Assembly (NCBI GenBank): GCA_965263195.1
Contig: OZ253664.1
Coordinates: forward strand, 3,253,045-3,317,044
DNA: 64,000 nt
Source: Vicinamibacterales bacterium
GTDB lineage: Bacteria > Acidobacteriota > Vicinamibacteria > Vicinamibacterales > UBA8438
Reading direction: 5' to 3'
The notes under the pieces: model-generated
What the model was told of the DNA's origin: nothing
Database searches by the model: none
What the model saw: only the letters and a program-made list of their open reading frames with translations
Shown here: piece after piece, positions 53,155-63,064 of the stretch
Layout of the letters: the number at the start of each line of letters is the position of its first letter
How positions within the stretch are numbered: the first letter of the stretch is position 1
Made by a program: the position numbers and the translations under genes

Positions 53155-54100
53155 CTGCTTGCCGTTCGACGGCCGGCCGGCCGGCAACGAGACCCGCCGC
53201 CGCCGGTTCCGTCGCGTGGCAGCCGTGGCGGCGCTGGTCGTGATGGCCGCTGCCGGATCGGCCGGCTGCGCCGCGCGCTCGCGGACCGCGATTGAGAATG
53301 CCCAGACGGCGGTGCGCGTAAAGACGGCGCTGGTCAACGACGTCGAGCTCGGCACGCTGCCGATCGATGTGGAGGCGGCCGGCGGCGTGGTGACGCTCGA
53401 GGGGATCGTCCGGACGTCCGCGCAGATCGACCGGGCGCTGGATGTGGCGCGCCGTGTTCAGGGGGTTGCGCGCGTCGAGTCGGCGCTGGTAGTCGGCGAT
53501 CCCGACCCGCCGGTGGCCCGGCCGGTCCCGCCGCTGCCCGCCCTGGCGCCGCGCCCGCGCGAGGGGCCGCTCCGCCTGATTGGAGCGGGCGCTTCGGTGC
53601 GCCTCAACAACCCGGCCGGCGATGCGCTGGCCCAGGAGCTGGACATCGGGCCGATCCTGCGGCTGCGCTCCGGCAACGGCCTCGGGCCGACCATCGCCTT
53701 CAACTGGACCAATGCCGAGATCGAGGCCAGCCCGACCGGGCTTCCGGCGCTGGCCAGGGTGCGGATCCGGCCGGTGATGGCGGGCGTGCAGTACGGCTTC
53801 ACGCGCGGGCGATTGGGGGCCGGGGCGTCGGTCGTGGCGGGATATGCGTTCAACAACCTCGACATCGACAAGGCGGTGGCCGGGTCCGGCCGCGCCGTCG
53901 ACGTGAGCAACAGCTTCGTCTGGCGACCGGGCGTGACGCTCTGGTACGACGTAACGCAGCGGATCGGGATCAACGTGTTCGGCGGCTACCTGTTCACGCG
54001 CCCCGAGGTGACGTTCGTGTCCGATACGGAGGTCGTCACGCACCGCCTGCGTGCCAACGCGGTCGTCATCAGCGTGGGGATGGCGTATTGGATCTTCTAG
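53147..54100 (+). CDS. BON-domain protein with C-terminal beta-barrel-like region ending in F
   Basis: Possible lipobox AGSAGC. BON segment VRVKTALVNDVELGTLPIDVEAAGGVVTLEGIV.S..Q...A..VAR.V.GV..V. C-terminal alternating hydrophobic pattern ending ..GMAYWIF. The start is uncertain (ATG 53147 or a later GTG). Confidence 0.65.
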   Translation: MSDCLPFDGRPAGNETRRRRFRRVAAVAALVVMAAAGSAGCAARSRTAIENAQTAVRVKTALVNDVELGTLPIDVEAAGGVVTLEGIVRTSAQIDRALDVARRVQGVARVESALVVGDPDPPVARPVPPLPALAPRPREGPLRLIGAGASVRLNNPAGDALAQELDIGPILRLRSGNGLGPTIAFNWTNAEIEASPTGLPALARVRIRPVMAGVQYGFTRGRLGAGASVVAGYAFNNLDIDKAVAGSGRAVDVSNSFVWRPGVTLWYDVTQRIGINVFGGYLFTRPEVTFVSDTEVVTHRLRANAVVISVGMAYWIF

Positions 54101-54870
54101 TCCGCTTCATCGTGGCGCCGCTATCCAGCGCGGGGTACGCCGTGGCGTTCGGGGCGCGCGCCATCCGCGAGATGTTCCTGCCGCCGTACGAGATCAAGGA
54201 AACCGCGCGCCAGTTGTACGAGGTGGGCTGGCGCTCGCTGCCGTTGATCGCGGTGGCCGGTTTCGCCGTCGGCATCGTGCTGTCGATGCACACGCGCGCG
54301 TCGCTGGAGCGGTTCGGCGCCGAGGCGTTGATCCCGGCGGCGCTGATGCTGGCGCTGGTGCGCGAGACCGGTCCGCTCGTGGTCGGACTGCTGGTGGCCG
54401 GGCGGGTCGGCGCGGGCTTCGGCGCCGAGCTGGGCGCCATGAAGGTGACCGAGCAGATCGATGCGCTGGAGGCGGTCGCCGTCGATTCCTTCAAGTTCCT
54501 GGTCGTCACGCGGACGATTGCCTGCATGCTGGCGATGCCCATCCTGACCACGGTGATGAACTTCACCGGCATCATCGGCGGCTGGGTGGCGGAAACGGCC
54601 GTCTCGGGCATGAGCTTCGAGGCCTACTTCCGGTCCGCCTTCTCGGTGGTCGGGTTTGCCGACTACGTGCCGGGCACTATCAAGACGATGGTGTTCGGCT
54701 TCATCATCGCTATCACCGCGTGCTATCTCGGCGTCCACACGCGCGGCGGGACGCAGGGCGTCGGCTACTCGGCGACGCGCAGCGTGGTGACGGCGTCGAT
54801 CCTGCTGATCACGGCCAACGTGGTGCTCGTGCGCCTCATCTTCTTCCTCTTCCCGGAGACCACGGGGTGA
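54088..54870 (+). CDS. mlaE: MlaE-family ABC permease
   Basis: 260 aa, ..QLYEVGWRSLPLIAVAGFAVGIVLSMH...GAELGAMKVTEQIDALE.. is typical MlaE/YrbE. TTG start. Confidence 0.85.
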   Translation: MDLLVRFIVAPLSSAGYAVAFGARAIREMFLPPYEIKETARQLYEVGWRSLPLIAVAGFAVGIVLSMHTRASLERFGAEALIPAALMLALVRETGPLVVGLLVAGRVGAGFGAELGAMKVTEQIDALEAVAVDSFKFLVVTRTIACMLAMPILTTVMNFTGIIGGWVAETAVSGMSFEAYFRSAFSVVGFADYVPGTIKTMVFGFIIAITACYLGVHTRGGTQGVGYSATRSVVTASILLITANVVLVRLIFFLFPETTG

Positions 54871-55625
54871 GCGCCGGCGCCCCCGCCGCCACGGGTGTCC
54901 GGCTGGAGCACGTCTCGAAGGCGTTCGGCGCGTTGCGCGTGCTCGACGATGTCTCGCTGGAGATCCCGGCGGGCGAGGCGACCGTGGTGCTGGGCCGCAG
55001 CGGCACCGGCAAGAGCGTGCTGCTGAAGCACATCGTCGGGCTGCTGGACCCGGACGCGGGCCATGTGTTCCTGGGAGACCAGGACATCACGGCGCTGACG
55101 CCCGCGGCGCTGGCGATCGCGCGCCGGCAGATCGGTTTCCTGTTCCAGAACGCCGCGCTGTTCGACTCGATCACGGTCGGCGACAACGTGGCGTTTCCGC
55201 TGCGCCGCCATACGCGGCTCCCGGAGGCGGAGGTTCGCGCCCGTGTGGAGGAGAAGCTCGCGGCGGTCGGCCTGGCGGACGCCGTGGCCCGCATGCCGGC
55301 CGCGCTCTCGGGCGGCATGCGCAAGCGCGCGGGCCTGGCGCGCGCCATGGCGCTCGATCCGTCGGTGCTGCTGGTCGACGAGCCGAGCGCCGGGCTCGAC
55401 CCGGTCACCTCGGAAGAGATCGACGACCTGCTCGTGCGGGTCAAGCGCGAGCGCGGCACCACGCTGGTGGTGGTGACGCACAACATCCCGAGCGCCCGGC
55501 GCATCGGGGACACGCTGCTGTTCCTGCACGAGGGCCGGGTGCTGGCCCGCGGGACGGCCGCGGAGCTCGAGCGCAGCGATCACGAGTTGGTGCGGCAGTT
55601 CATGCATTCGGAGGCGGGCGGCTAG
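54867..55625 (+). CDS. mlaF: MlaF-family ABC ATP-binding protein
   Basis: GTG overlaps the mlaE stop (GTGA). Walker A GRSGTGKS, signature LSGGMRKRAGLARA, Walker B LLVDEPSAGLD. Confidence 0.9.
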   Translation: MSAGAPAATGVRLEHVSKAFGALRVLDDVSLEIPAGEATVVLGRSGTGKSVLLKHIVGLLDPDAGHVFLGDQDITALTPAALAIARRQIGFLFQNAALFDSITVGDNVAFPLRRHTRLPEAEVRARVEEKLAAVGLADAVARMPAALSGGMRKRAGLARAMALDPSVLLVDEPSAGLDPVTSEEIDDLLVRVKRERGTTLVVVTHNIPSARRIGDTLLFLHEGRVLARGTAAELERSDHELVRQFMHSEAGG

Positions 55626-55774
55626 GAGCCGCCGGTGGAATTTTGGAGGGGACGGCGGACGCGCACGTGCCCGTCCCCAAGCCGCGCACGGCGCGGCTCG
55701 GCAGGCGCGGCGCGGGGCTATGGGGTCCCCGCTAGCGTCTGCCGGGGGTTTGGGGCGCAGCCCCAAGGAGGAAA

Positions 55775-57172
55775 ATGATGGGTTCCCCACGCCTGGCGCT
55801 GGTCGGTGCGTTCGTGGTCGGCGGACTGCTGCTGTTCGCGGTCGGGTTGTTCATGATCGGCGACCGGCGGCAGCTGTTCACCGAGCATTTCGAAGTGGTG
55901 GCCGACTTCGGCAACGTCACAGGCGTGCAGGTGGGCACCGACGTCCGCCTGTCCGGCCTGCCGGCCGGCGAGGTGACCGACATCGTCATCCCACCGGCGC
56001 CGGGCGGGCGCTTCCAGGTGCGGATGCGCGTTCGCGAAGACCTGCACTCGCTGGTGCGGACCGACTCCGTGGCGGCGGTGCTGACCGACGGGCTGCTCGG
56101 CTCCGCCTTCCTCCAGATCCGCGCCGGCACCGAGTCGGCGCCGGAGGTCGCCCACGGCGGCATACTGGCCGGCGCCGACGCCGTGCAGATAGCGGACCTG
56201 ATCGAAGAAGGGCGCGAGACGTTCCGGGTGGTCGCCGACGAGTTCGTGGGGCTCCGCGAGCAGATGGCGGAGACGTTCTCCGGCCTCGGCGAGACGGTCG
56301 AGACCACGACCCTGCTGATCAACGACGTCGGCAACGACGTCCGCGAAGTGACCACCGTCAGCGCGCTGTTCATGGACGCCGCCCGCGGCGTCATGGAGGA
56401 CACGCGCGGCATCGTGCAAGGGGTCGCCGCCGGCGAGGGTACCGCCGGCAAGCTGCTCACCGATGACGCGCTCTACACGCACATGACCGGTCTCGCCGGC
56501 GAGGTCGAAGCGACGATGCGGTCGGTGCGCGGCAGCGCCGAGCAGTTCGAGCAGATAGTCGGCGGCCTGCAGGGACCCGAGAGCGCCGCGCAGCGCCTGC
56601 TGGTGGATGCCGGCGACGTCGTCACGTCCGCGCGCGACGCCATGGCGGACCTCGCCGAGAACACGGAGGCGATGAAGCGCAACTGGCTGCTGCGCGGCTT
56701 CTTCTCCGACCGTGGCTTCTACAACCTCGACGAGTTGACCGTGGACGAGTACCGCGAGCTGCTGCGCGACGAACGCTACGCGCCGCTACGCATCTGGCTC
56801 GGCGCGGACGTGCTGTTCGAGAACGATGAGGACGGCAGCGTGACGTTGGCCGACGGGGCGGAGGAGCGCATCGAGGAGGCGATGGGCGAGCTGCTGCAGT
56901 ACCCGCGCAACAGCCCGCTGGTCGTCGAGGGGTACGCCACCGCCGGCGGCCCCGGCCAGCAGTTCATCGCGGCCGACGCCCGCTCCTCGGCCGTCCAGGA
57001 CCACCTGGTCCGCACCTTCCGCCGCGCGGCCGAGCTGACCGGCACGATGCCGATCGGTCCGGAGGCGGAAGACAGCCCGTCCGGCGACGGCCGCTGGGAC
57101 GGCGTGGCGCTGACGCTGTTCGCCGACCCCGACCTGATCGGACGCGACCCGGCCGCCGCGGCTGGCCCCTGA
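55775..57172 (+). CDS. mlaD: MlaD/MCE-domain protein with extended C-terminal region
   Basis: N-terminal TM helix, then the MCE core ..VADFGNVTGVQVGTDVRLSGLPAGEVTDI... The long helical middle ends in an OmpA-C-like stretch ..SPLVVEGYATAGG... Confidence 0.75.
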   Translation: MMGSPRLALVGAFVVGGLLLFAVGLFMIGDRRQLFTEHFEVVADFGNVTGVQVGTDVRLSGLPAGEVTDIVIPPAPGGRFQVRMRVREDLHSLVRTDSVAAVLTDGLLGSAFLQIRAGTESAPEVAHGGILAGADAVQIADLIEEGRETFRVVADEFVGLREQMAETFSGLGETVETTTLLINDVGNDVREVTTVSALFMDAARGVMEDTRGIVQGVAAGEGTAGKLLTDDALYTHMTGLAGEVEATMRSVRGSAEQFEQIVGGLQGPESAAQRLLVDAGDVVTSARDAMADLAENTEAMKRNWLLRGFFSDRGFYNLDELTVDEYRELLRDERYAPLRIWLGADVLFENDEDGSVTLADGAEERIEEAMGELLQYPRNSPLVVEGYATAGGPGQQFIAADARSSAVQDHLVRTFRRAAELTGTMPIGPEAEDSPSGDGRWDGVALTLFADPDLIGRDPAAAAGP

Positions 57173-57269
57173 GGAACGTGTTTATTGGAGAATTTGACTA
57201 CCGAACTGACGAAATTTACGTAAATTCGTTCAGATTGCGGCCGCGCCGGCCGCCACCAGGAGGAATTAC

Positions 57270-57692
57270 ATGTCGTTGAGTACGTATCTGACGTTCGATG
57301 GCAACTGCCGCGAGGCGTTCGAGTTCTACCGGTCCGTCTTCGGGGGCGAATTCGCCGTGTTGCAGACGTTCGCGGACGGGCCGCCCGACATGTCGATGCC
57401 TGACGGCGCGGAGGACCTCGTCATGCACGTCTCCCTGCCGGTCGGGTCGAGCGTCCTGATGGGGAGCGACAGGGGTCCGGGCTTCGGTCCCGAGTTGGTC
57501 GCCGGCAACAACTTTTCCATCTCCATCCAAGGCAAGAGCCGCGAGCATTGCGACGAGGTGTTCGCAAGGCTGTCGGCGGGCGGCAAGGCGACGATGCCGC
57601 TGCAGGAGATGTTCTGGGGCGCGTACTACGGAATGTGCACCGACAGGTTCGGCATCAACTGGATGATCAACTACGAGCTGCCCCGGGAGTGA
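57270..57692 (+). CDS. VOC-family protein (PhnB-like)
   Basis: MSLSTYLTFDGNCREAFEFYRSVFG...MHVSL...LMGSD......FWGAYYGMCTDRFGINWMIN matches the PhnB/glyoxalase-like pattern. Confidence 0.8.
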   Translation: MSLSTYLTFDGNCREAFEFYRSVFGGEFAVLQTFADGPPDMSMPDGAEDLVMHVSLPVGSSVLMGSDRGPGFGPELVAGNNFSISIQGKSREHCDEVFARLSAGGKATMPLQEMFWGAYYGMCTDRFGINWMINYELPRE

Positions 57693-57781
57693 GGGGTATT
57701 CGTCGACTCGACGCCGCGCCGGTTCGGCTGAATCTACCCGGCGCGGCGTCTTAGGTTGTAGTCTACGGTACGGGTTCGAAC

Positions 57782-59008
57782 ATGGTCTCCAGATACCTTG
57801 CCGCACTCCTTCTCGTGGCCGTGGGCGCCGCCGGGGTGCTCGTCTATCAGCGTGTGGCGCCCGTGGCCCCGGAGGCCCGGGCGGGACCGGGCGGCGGTCC
57901 CGGCGGCGGCCGTCCGGGCGCGGGGCGGGGCGGGTTCGGCGCGCAGCCGATGCTGGTGGAGGCGGCGCCCGTCGTGCGCGCGGACCTCGCTGAACAGCTC
58001 CAGATCGTGGGGAATCTCGTCGGCGCCGCGACCGTCGAGGTGGCGCCGAAGGTCGATGGTCGTCTGAGACAAATCGATGTGCGTCTCGGCGATCGCGTGT
58101 CGCGCGGACAGGAAGTGGGCCGGGTCGAGGACGATGAACTGCAGCAGCAGTTGAGCCAGCGGGCGGCCTCGTACGAGGTCGCGCGGGCGACCGTCAGGCA
58201 GAGGGATGCCGATCTCCTCCTGGCGGAGACGAGCCGCGAGCGGTCGCGGAACCTGTTTGCCAACGAGCTCGTGTCGCATCAGGAGCTCGATGACGCCGAG
58301 GCCCGCTACCAGGCGGCGAATGCGCAGGCCGACCTGGCGCGCGCCCAGTTCGATGAGGCCGGCGCCCGGCTCGAGGAGCTGCGCATCAACCTCGAGAACA
58401 CCGTCATGGTCTCACCGGTCGACGGCTTCATCGGCCGCCGGTATCTCGATCCGGGGGCGTACGTCACGTCGAACACGGCGATCGTGTCGGTAGTCGATAT
58501 CAGTCTGGTCAGACTGGTGGCCAACCTTGTCGAACGCGACCTGCGGCTCGTGCGCCCGGGTTCGGAGGCGCGCATCGAGGTTGATGCGTATCCGTCCGAG
58601 TCGTTCAGCGGTCTCGTCGCGCGTATCGCCCCGGTGCTCGACCCGGCTACGCGCACCGCCGAAATCGAAATCGAGATCGCGAACCCCGATTTCCGCCTCA
58701 AGCCCGGGATGTACGCCCGCGTCAGCCTCGGCGTCGGCAGCAAGAGCCAGGCGCTCGTGGTTCCCCGCGAGGCCGTAGTGATCCGTACCAGCGCCCGCGG
58801 GGTGTTCCTGGTGGACGCCGCCGGTGGATCGCCGAGTGCCCGGTTCGTCTCCCTGGCCACCGGGTTGGAGGACGACCGCTACGTCGAGGTCATCGACGGC
58901 GTGTCGGAGGGTGACCGCGTCGTGACCACCGGCGCCGCGGGGCTGCAACACGGCGATCCGATTCTGCTGTTCGGATCCGACCCGGGCGCCCGCGCCGTGC
59001 CTCGCTGA
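57782..59008 (+). CDS. RND efflux periplasmic adaptor subunit
   Basis: N-terminal anchor, Gly/Pro-rich linker, coiled-coil hairpin, and beta-barrel blocks ..VSPVDGFIGRR....PGMYARVSL... Confidence 0.85.
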   Translation: MVSRYLAALLLVAVGAAGVLVYQRVAPVAPEARAGPGGGPGGGRPGAGRGGFGAQPMLVEAAPVVRADLAEQLQIVGNLVGAATVEVAPKVDGRLRQIDVRLGDRVSRGQEVGRVEDDELQQQLSQRAASYEVARATVRQRDADLLLAETSRERSRNLFANELVSHQELDDAEARYQAANAQADLARAQFDEAGARLEELRINLENTVMVSPVDGFIGRRYLDPGAYVTSNTAIVSVVDISLVRLVANLVERDLRLVRPGSEARIEVDAYPSESFSGLVARIAPVLDPATRTAEIEIEIANPDFRLKPGMYARVSLGVGSKSQALVVPREAVVIRTSARGVFLVDAAGGSPSARFVSLATGLEDDRYVEVIDGVSEGDRVVTTGAAGLQHGDPILLFGSDPGARAVPR

Positions 59009-59044
59009 TCGCCGAAGAGCCACCCGCGCCTGAATGGAGTCAGC

Positions 59045-62000
59045 ATGAGTCTCCCCCGCCTTGCCGTCCGCCGCCCGGTGACGATGTCGATGATCAGCGG
59101 CGTTGTCGTCCTGCTGGGGGCGGTCGCGCTGTTCCGCCTGCCGGTCGACCTGATGCCGGATGTGACGTTCCCGAGCCTCACGGTGACCGTCAGTTATCCC
59201 GACGTCGGTCCACTCGAAATGGAGGAATTGGTCACGCGGCCGCTGGAGCAGTCCGTGGCGGCGATCGCGGGCCTCGAGGAGGTGACCTCGACCTCCCAGG
59301 AGGGCACCAGCCAGATCCGTCTGAGCTTCGGCTGGGGGACCGACCTGAACGAGGCCTCCGACGATCTCCGCTCGCGGCTCGACCGGATGCGGGGGCGGCT
59401 GCCGGAAGACGCCGAGCCGCCGGTCATCTTCAAATTCGATGCGGCGAACGCCCCCATCATGTTTCTCGGGCTCGAGGGCGACGTCGAGCCGGTAGTGCTG
59501 CGGGAAATGGCCGAGAACGACCTCGGGCCGCGTCTGGAGCGGGTGCCGGGCGTCGCCACGGTGACGGTCAGGGGAGGGCTTCGACGACAGATCCGGGTCG
59601 AGCTCGCCAAGGACAAGATAACGGCGCTCGACTTGTCGGTGAACGAGATCATCACGCTGCTGAGCACGGAAAACCGGAACGTGCCGATCGGGCAGCTCGA
59701 TGACGGCGACATGACGTATCTGCTCCGCAGCCCCGGGCAGTTCACGAGCCTTGATGACATCCGCAACATCGTGGTCATGACCCGCGGCGGGGTGCCGGTC
59801 TACATGCGCGACCTCGCGGAGGTGACCGACGGCACGGAGGACCAGGAGGACCTGGTCCGCATCAATGGTCGGACGGCCGTCCAGATCGCGGTCAGCAAGC
59901 AGTCGGGACGCAACACGGTGTCCGTGGCCCGGGGGGTACGCGACGAGATCGACCGGATCAACACGGAGATGCCGGCCGTCAGGCTGAGCACGCGGATGGA
60001 CTCGGCGATTTTCGTCGAGCGGTCGATCAACGCCGTGCGCAACGTCGTGCTGTGGGGCGCCATGCTCGTGGTGGTGGTGCTGTTCGCCTTCCTGCGCAAC
60101 ATACGGACGACGCTCATCGTCTGCACGGCGATCCCGATCTCGATCATCGGCACGTTCGCGATGATCTACTTCGCCGGCTTCACCCTCAACACGCTGACGT
60201 TCGGGGGACTGGCGCTCGGCGTCGGGATGATTGTCGACGCCTCGATTGTCGTGCTCGAAAACACCTTCCGCCACATGGAGGGCGGCAAGGACCGCATGAC
60301 CGCGAGCGTGGACGGCGCCGAGGAGGTGGGCGGGGCGATCGTCGCGTCGACCCTGACGCAGATGGCGGTCTTTCTCCCACTGCTGTTTCTGACCGGGATG
60401 GCGAGCATCATCTTCGGCCAGTTGGCCGTGGTGGTGATGATCTCGCTCGGGATGTCGCTGTTCGTCGCCGTGACGCTGGTGCCGGTGCTGACGTCGCGGC
60501 TGCTGCGGCTGCCGACGCCGGCGGACCAGCGCCGGGGCATCCTCGGCCGGTTCCTGACAGTCAGCGAACGCGGGCTGCAACGGCTCGATGAGATCTATCA
60601 GGCGGCGATTCACGCGGCGCTGGCCCACCGGCCCACCGTGCTCCTCGCCGCCGCCGGGCTTGTCTGGGTCACGCTGCTGCTTGCGCCGACCATTGGGGTC
60701 GAGTTGACGCCGGAGGTGGACGAAGGCGAAGTGCGCATCAGCGCGCAGCTGCCCATCGGGACGCGCTTCGAGCGCACCCGGAACGTGATGATCCAGTTGG
60801 AAGAGATGGTGCGCGCGGACGTGCCGGAGTCGGTCAACGTCACCACGCAGGTCGGCGGCGGGCGCGGACCGTTCGGCGGTGCGTCCAGCCATCGCGGTTC
60901 GATGACCGTCACACTCGTGGAGAAGGGCGAACGGGAGCGGACGAGCAACCAGATTGCCATGGCGCTGCGCCGCTCGCTGAACCGGCTGCCCGGCGTCGTC
61001 GTCAGGGCGCGCGCCTCCGGCGGGAACCGGATGATGACCCGGCTGATGCGGAGCGGCGGCGGCGATGACGCCCGGCTGGCGCTGGAGATCCGGGGCCACG
61101 ACCTGGAGGACGCCCGCCGCGTCTCGGAGCGGGCCATGGGCGTCATGAACAGCACCGACGGGATAGCCGACGCGGAGATGGGGACCGAGCAGAGCCGTCC
61201 GGAGCTTGCTATCGACGTCGATCGTTCCAAGGCCGCGCTCCTCGGCCTGCGCGTCTCCGAGGTCGCCGCTGCCCTGCGGACCAGCGTGGCTGGCACCGAG
61301 GCTGCCTTCTACCGCGAACGGGGCGACGAATACCCGATCGTCGTCCGTCTGCGCGAGGATGACCGGTTGCGCACCGCGGACATCAACGACATGCCGCTGA
61401 GCACGCCGTCGGGCCTGGTCATCCCGGCGCGCAACCTGATCACCGTGCGGCCGGACTCCGGTCCGGAACAGATCGAACGCAAGAACCAGGAACGCATCGT
61501 GCGCGTGAACGCCGAGATCGAAACGACGCTCAGCGAGGCGGTCAACGCCGTCACGCAGCGCATCCCCGAAATCGACGCGCCGACCGATTTCTCGGTCGGC
61601 TTCGGCGCCGAAGTCGAGGAGCAGGCGCGGTCGTTCGGCCAACTGCAGATGATCCTCATCCTCGCCCTGGTCCTCGTCTATGCCGTGATGGCGGCGCAGT
61701 TCGAGTCGCTGCGCGACCCGTTCATCATCCTGCTCTCGATTCCCCTCGCCGGGATCGGCATCGTCGGCGCGTTGCTCCTGACCGGGACGCCGTTCAGCCT
61801 CCAGGCCTTCATGGGGGTCATCGTGCTCGGCGGTCTCGTCGTCAACAACGCCATCCTGCTGGTGGACTACACCAACATCCTGCGGCGCCGCGACGGTGTG
61901 CCGCTGCGCGAAGCGGTGGCGCGGGCCGGCCGGACGCGGCTGCGGCCGATCCTGATGACCACCACGACCACGCTGCTCGGCATGCTCCCCATGGCGCTCG

Positions 62001-62176
62001 GTCTCGGCGAAGGCTCGGAGCTGCAGGCGCCGCTCGCCCGCGTGATCATCGGCGGGCTGTTGTCCTCGACGCTGGTGACGCTGATCGTCGTGCCGGTCGT
62101 CTATACGCTGTTCGAAGAGGGCCTGCAGGGGCTGCGGCGCCGGCCACAGGAACCGGCGGTCCAGGTGTCCGGCTGA
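59045..62176 (+). CDS. RND efflux permease (AcrB/HAE-type)
   Basis: 1043 aa with 12-TM RND architecture. ..GGLALGVGMIVDASIVVLEN.. and the duplicated half ..GVIVLGGLVVNNAILLVDY... Confidence 0.9.
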   Translation: MSLPRLAVRRPVTMSMISGVVVLLGAVALFRLPVDLMPDVTFPSLTVTVSYPDVGPLEMEELVTRPLEQSVAAIAGLEEVTSTSQEGTSQIRLSFGWGTDLNEASDDLRSRLDRMRGRLPEDAEPPVIFKFDAANAPIMFLGLEGDVEPVVLREMAENDLGPRLERVPGVATVTVRGGLRRQIRVELAKDKITALDLSVNEIITLLSTENRNVPIGQLDDGDMTYLLRSPGQFTSLDDIRNIVVMTRGGVPVYMRDLAEVTDGTEDQEDLVRINGRTAVQIAVSKQSGRNTVSVARGVRDEIDRINTEMPAVRLSTRMDSAIFVERSINAVRNVVLWGAMLVVVVLFAFLRNIRTTLIVCTAIPISIIGTFAMIYFAGFTLNTLTFGGLALGVGMIVDASIVVLENTFRHMEGGKDRMTASVDGAEEVGGAIVASTLTQMAVFLPLLFLTGMASIIFGQLAVVVMISLGMSLFVAVTLVPVLTSRLLRLPTPADQRRGILGRFLTVSERGLQRLDEIYQAAIHAALAHRPTVLLAAAGLVWVTLLLAPTIGVELTPEVDEGEVRISAQLPIGTRFERTRNVMIQLEEMVRADVPESVNVTTQVGGGRGPFGGASSHRGSMTVTLVEKGERERTSNQIAMALRRSLNRLPGVVVRARASGGNRMMTRLMRSGGGDDARLALEIRGHDLEDARRVSERAMGVMNSTDGIADAEMGTEQSRPELAIDVDRSKAALLGLRVSEVAAALRTSVAGTEAAFYRERGDEYPIVVRLREDDRLRTADINDMPLSTPSGLVIPARNLITVRPDSGPEQIERKNQERIVRVNAEIETTLSEAVNAVTQRIPEIDAPTDFSVGFGAEVEEQARSFGQLQMILILALVLVYAVMAAQFESLRDPFIILLSIPLAGIGIVGALLLTGTPFSLQAFMGVIVLGGLVVNNAILLVDYTNILRRRDGVPLREAVARAGRTRLRPILMTTTTTLLGMLPMALGLGEGSELQAPLARVIIGGLLSSTLVTLIVVPVVYTLFEEGLQGLRRRPQEPAVQVSG

Positions 62177-62235
62177 ACCGGCTTCAGCACCAGCCGCCGG
62201 CCGGGTCTGGAGCGTGCCGGTCCCGCCATCGGACG

Positions 62236-62967
62236 CTACGGTTCTCCGGCGTCGTAGACGCGGCGGAGCTCCCGGTCGCCGTCGCGGCGGGAGCGGCCGC
62301 CCTCGACGTGTGAGGTCACGATCAGCTGCCGTCCGCCGTCCGGGCCGTCCTGCACCTCGTAGGTCTGGCGCATGGTGAACTTGCGCCGCGACTGCAGCTC
62401 GATCTCGGCCTCCAGCGTTTCACCCTTCCACTGCGTGGTGCGCTTGACCTGCGCGCTGGATCCGGCGATGCCCGCGTGCTCGCGGCCGTCGGGAATCAGC
62501 CGCACGACGCGGCCATCATAGGTAAGCACGACCTCGGACCGATCGCCCGTAATCGTCATGCGGCGCGCTGCGCTCAGCAGGTCGCGCATCGCCTCCCGCA
62601 CGCCCGCCATCCGCTCGGGGTCGGGTCGATCGCCGTCCCGCCCGCCCGGGCCGCCGCCGAATCCACCACGCCCTCCGAATCCGCCAGGGCCGCGCCCGCC
62701 AAATCCACCGGGGCCGCCGAAACCACCGGGGCCGCCGCCGAACCCTCCCGGCCCGCCGGGCCGCCGCGCGCGGTCGTCATCGCGTTCGCCGACTCGGCCG
62801 CGCGGGTTGTCGCTCAGCTCGTCGTTGAGCACCCAGCTTCCCGCGAGAATGAGTTCCGTGTCTTGCCGGGAACCGGCTTCGGCCGCCGCCGCCCCACCCA
62901 GGCTGAGGCCCAGCACGAGGCCGACGATTGTCAGGGTCATGACACTCCGCACGTTGATCCGGTGCAT
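62236..62967 (-). CDS. Secreted protein with Gly-rich GGFGG/RGG low-complexity repeat
   Basis: ATG at 62967 after AAGGAG, with a signal peptide. The central stretch is RRPGGPGGFGGGPGGFGGPGGFGGRGPGGFGGRGGFGGGPGGRDGD. An ordered C-terminal domain follows. Confidence 0.6.
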   Translation of the reverse strand: MHRINVRSVMTLTIVGLVLGLSLGGAAAAEAGSRQDTELILAGSWVLNDELSDNPRGRVGERDDDRARRPGGPGGFGGGPGGFGGPGGFGGRGPGGFGGRGGFGGGPGGRDGDRPDPERMAGVREAMRDLLSAARRMTITGDRSEVVLTYDGRVVRLIPDGREHAGIAGSSAQVKRTTQWKGETLEAEIELQSRRKFTMRQTYEVQDGPDGGRQLIVTSHVEGGRSRRDGDRELRRVYDAGEP

Positions 62968-63064
62968 GTGATCGCTCCTTGCTGGTGGTACTGACCTCGC
63001 AGAGCGTCGCATTATTTCCGCACGAGGTCGGTCCCAACCAACGGCAAGGCCCCGCTACGACCCG

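Noticed and set aside
58412-61642. 1076-aa antisense ORF across the adaptor and RND permease genes
   Set aside because: It is antisense to two genes with unmistakable RND/MFP signatures, and its composition is Arg/Asp/His/Gly-rich without hydrophobic core patterns.
62640-62760. Short degenerate DNA repeats that might suggest a CRISPR or minisatellite
   Set aside because: The repeat unit is only about 9-15 nt with no spacers. It lies inside a coding frame and simply encodes the GGFGG protein repeat.
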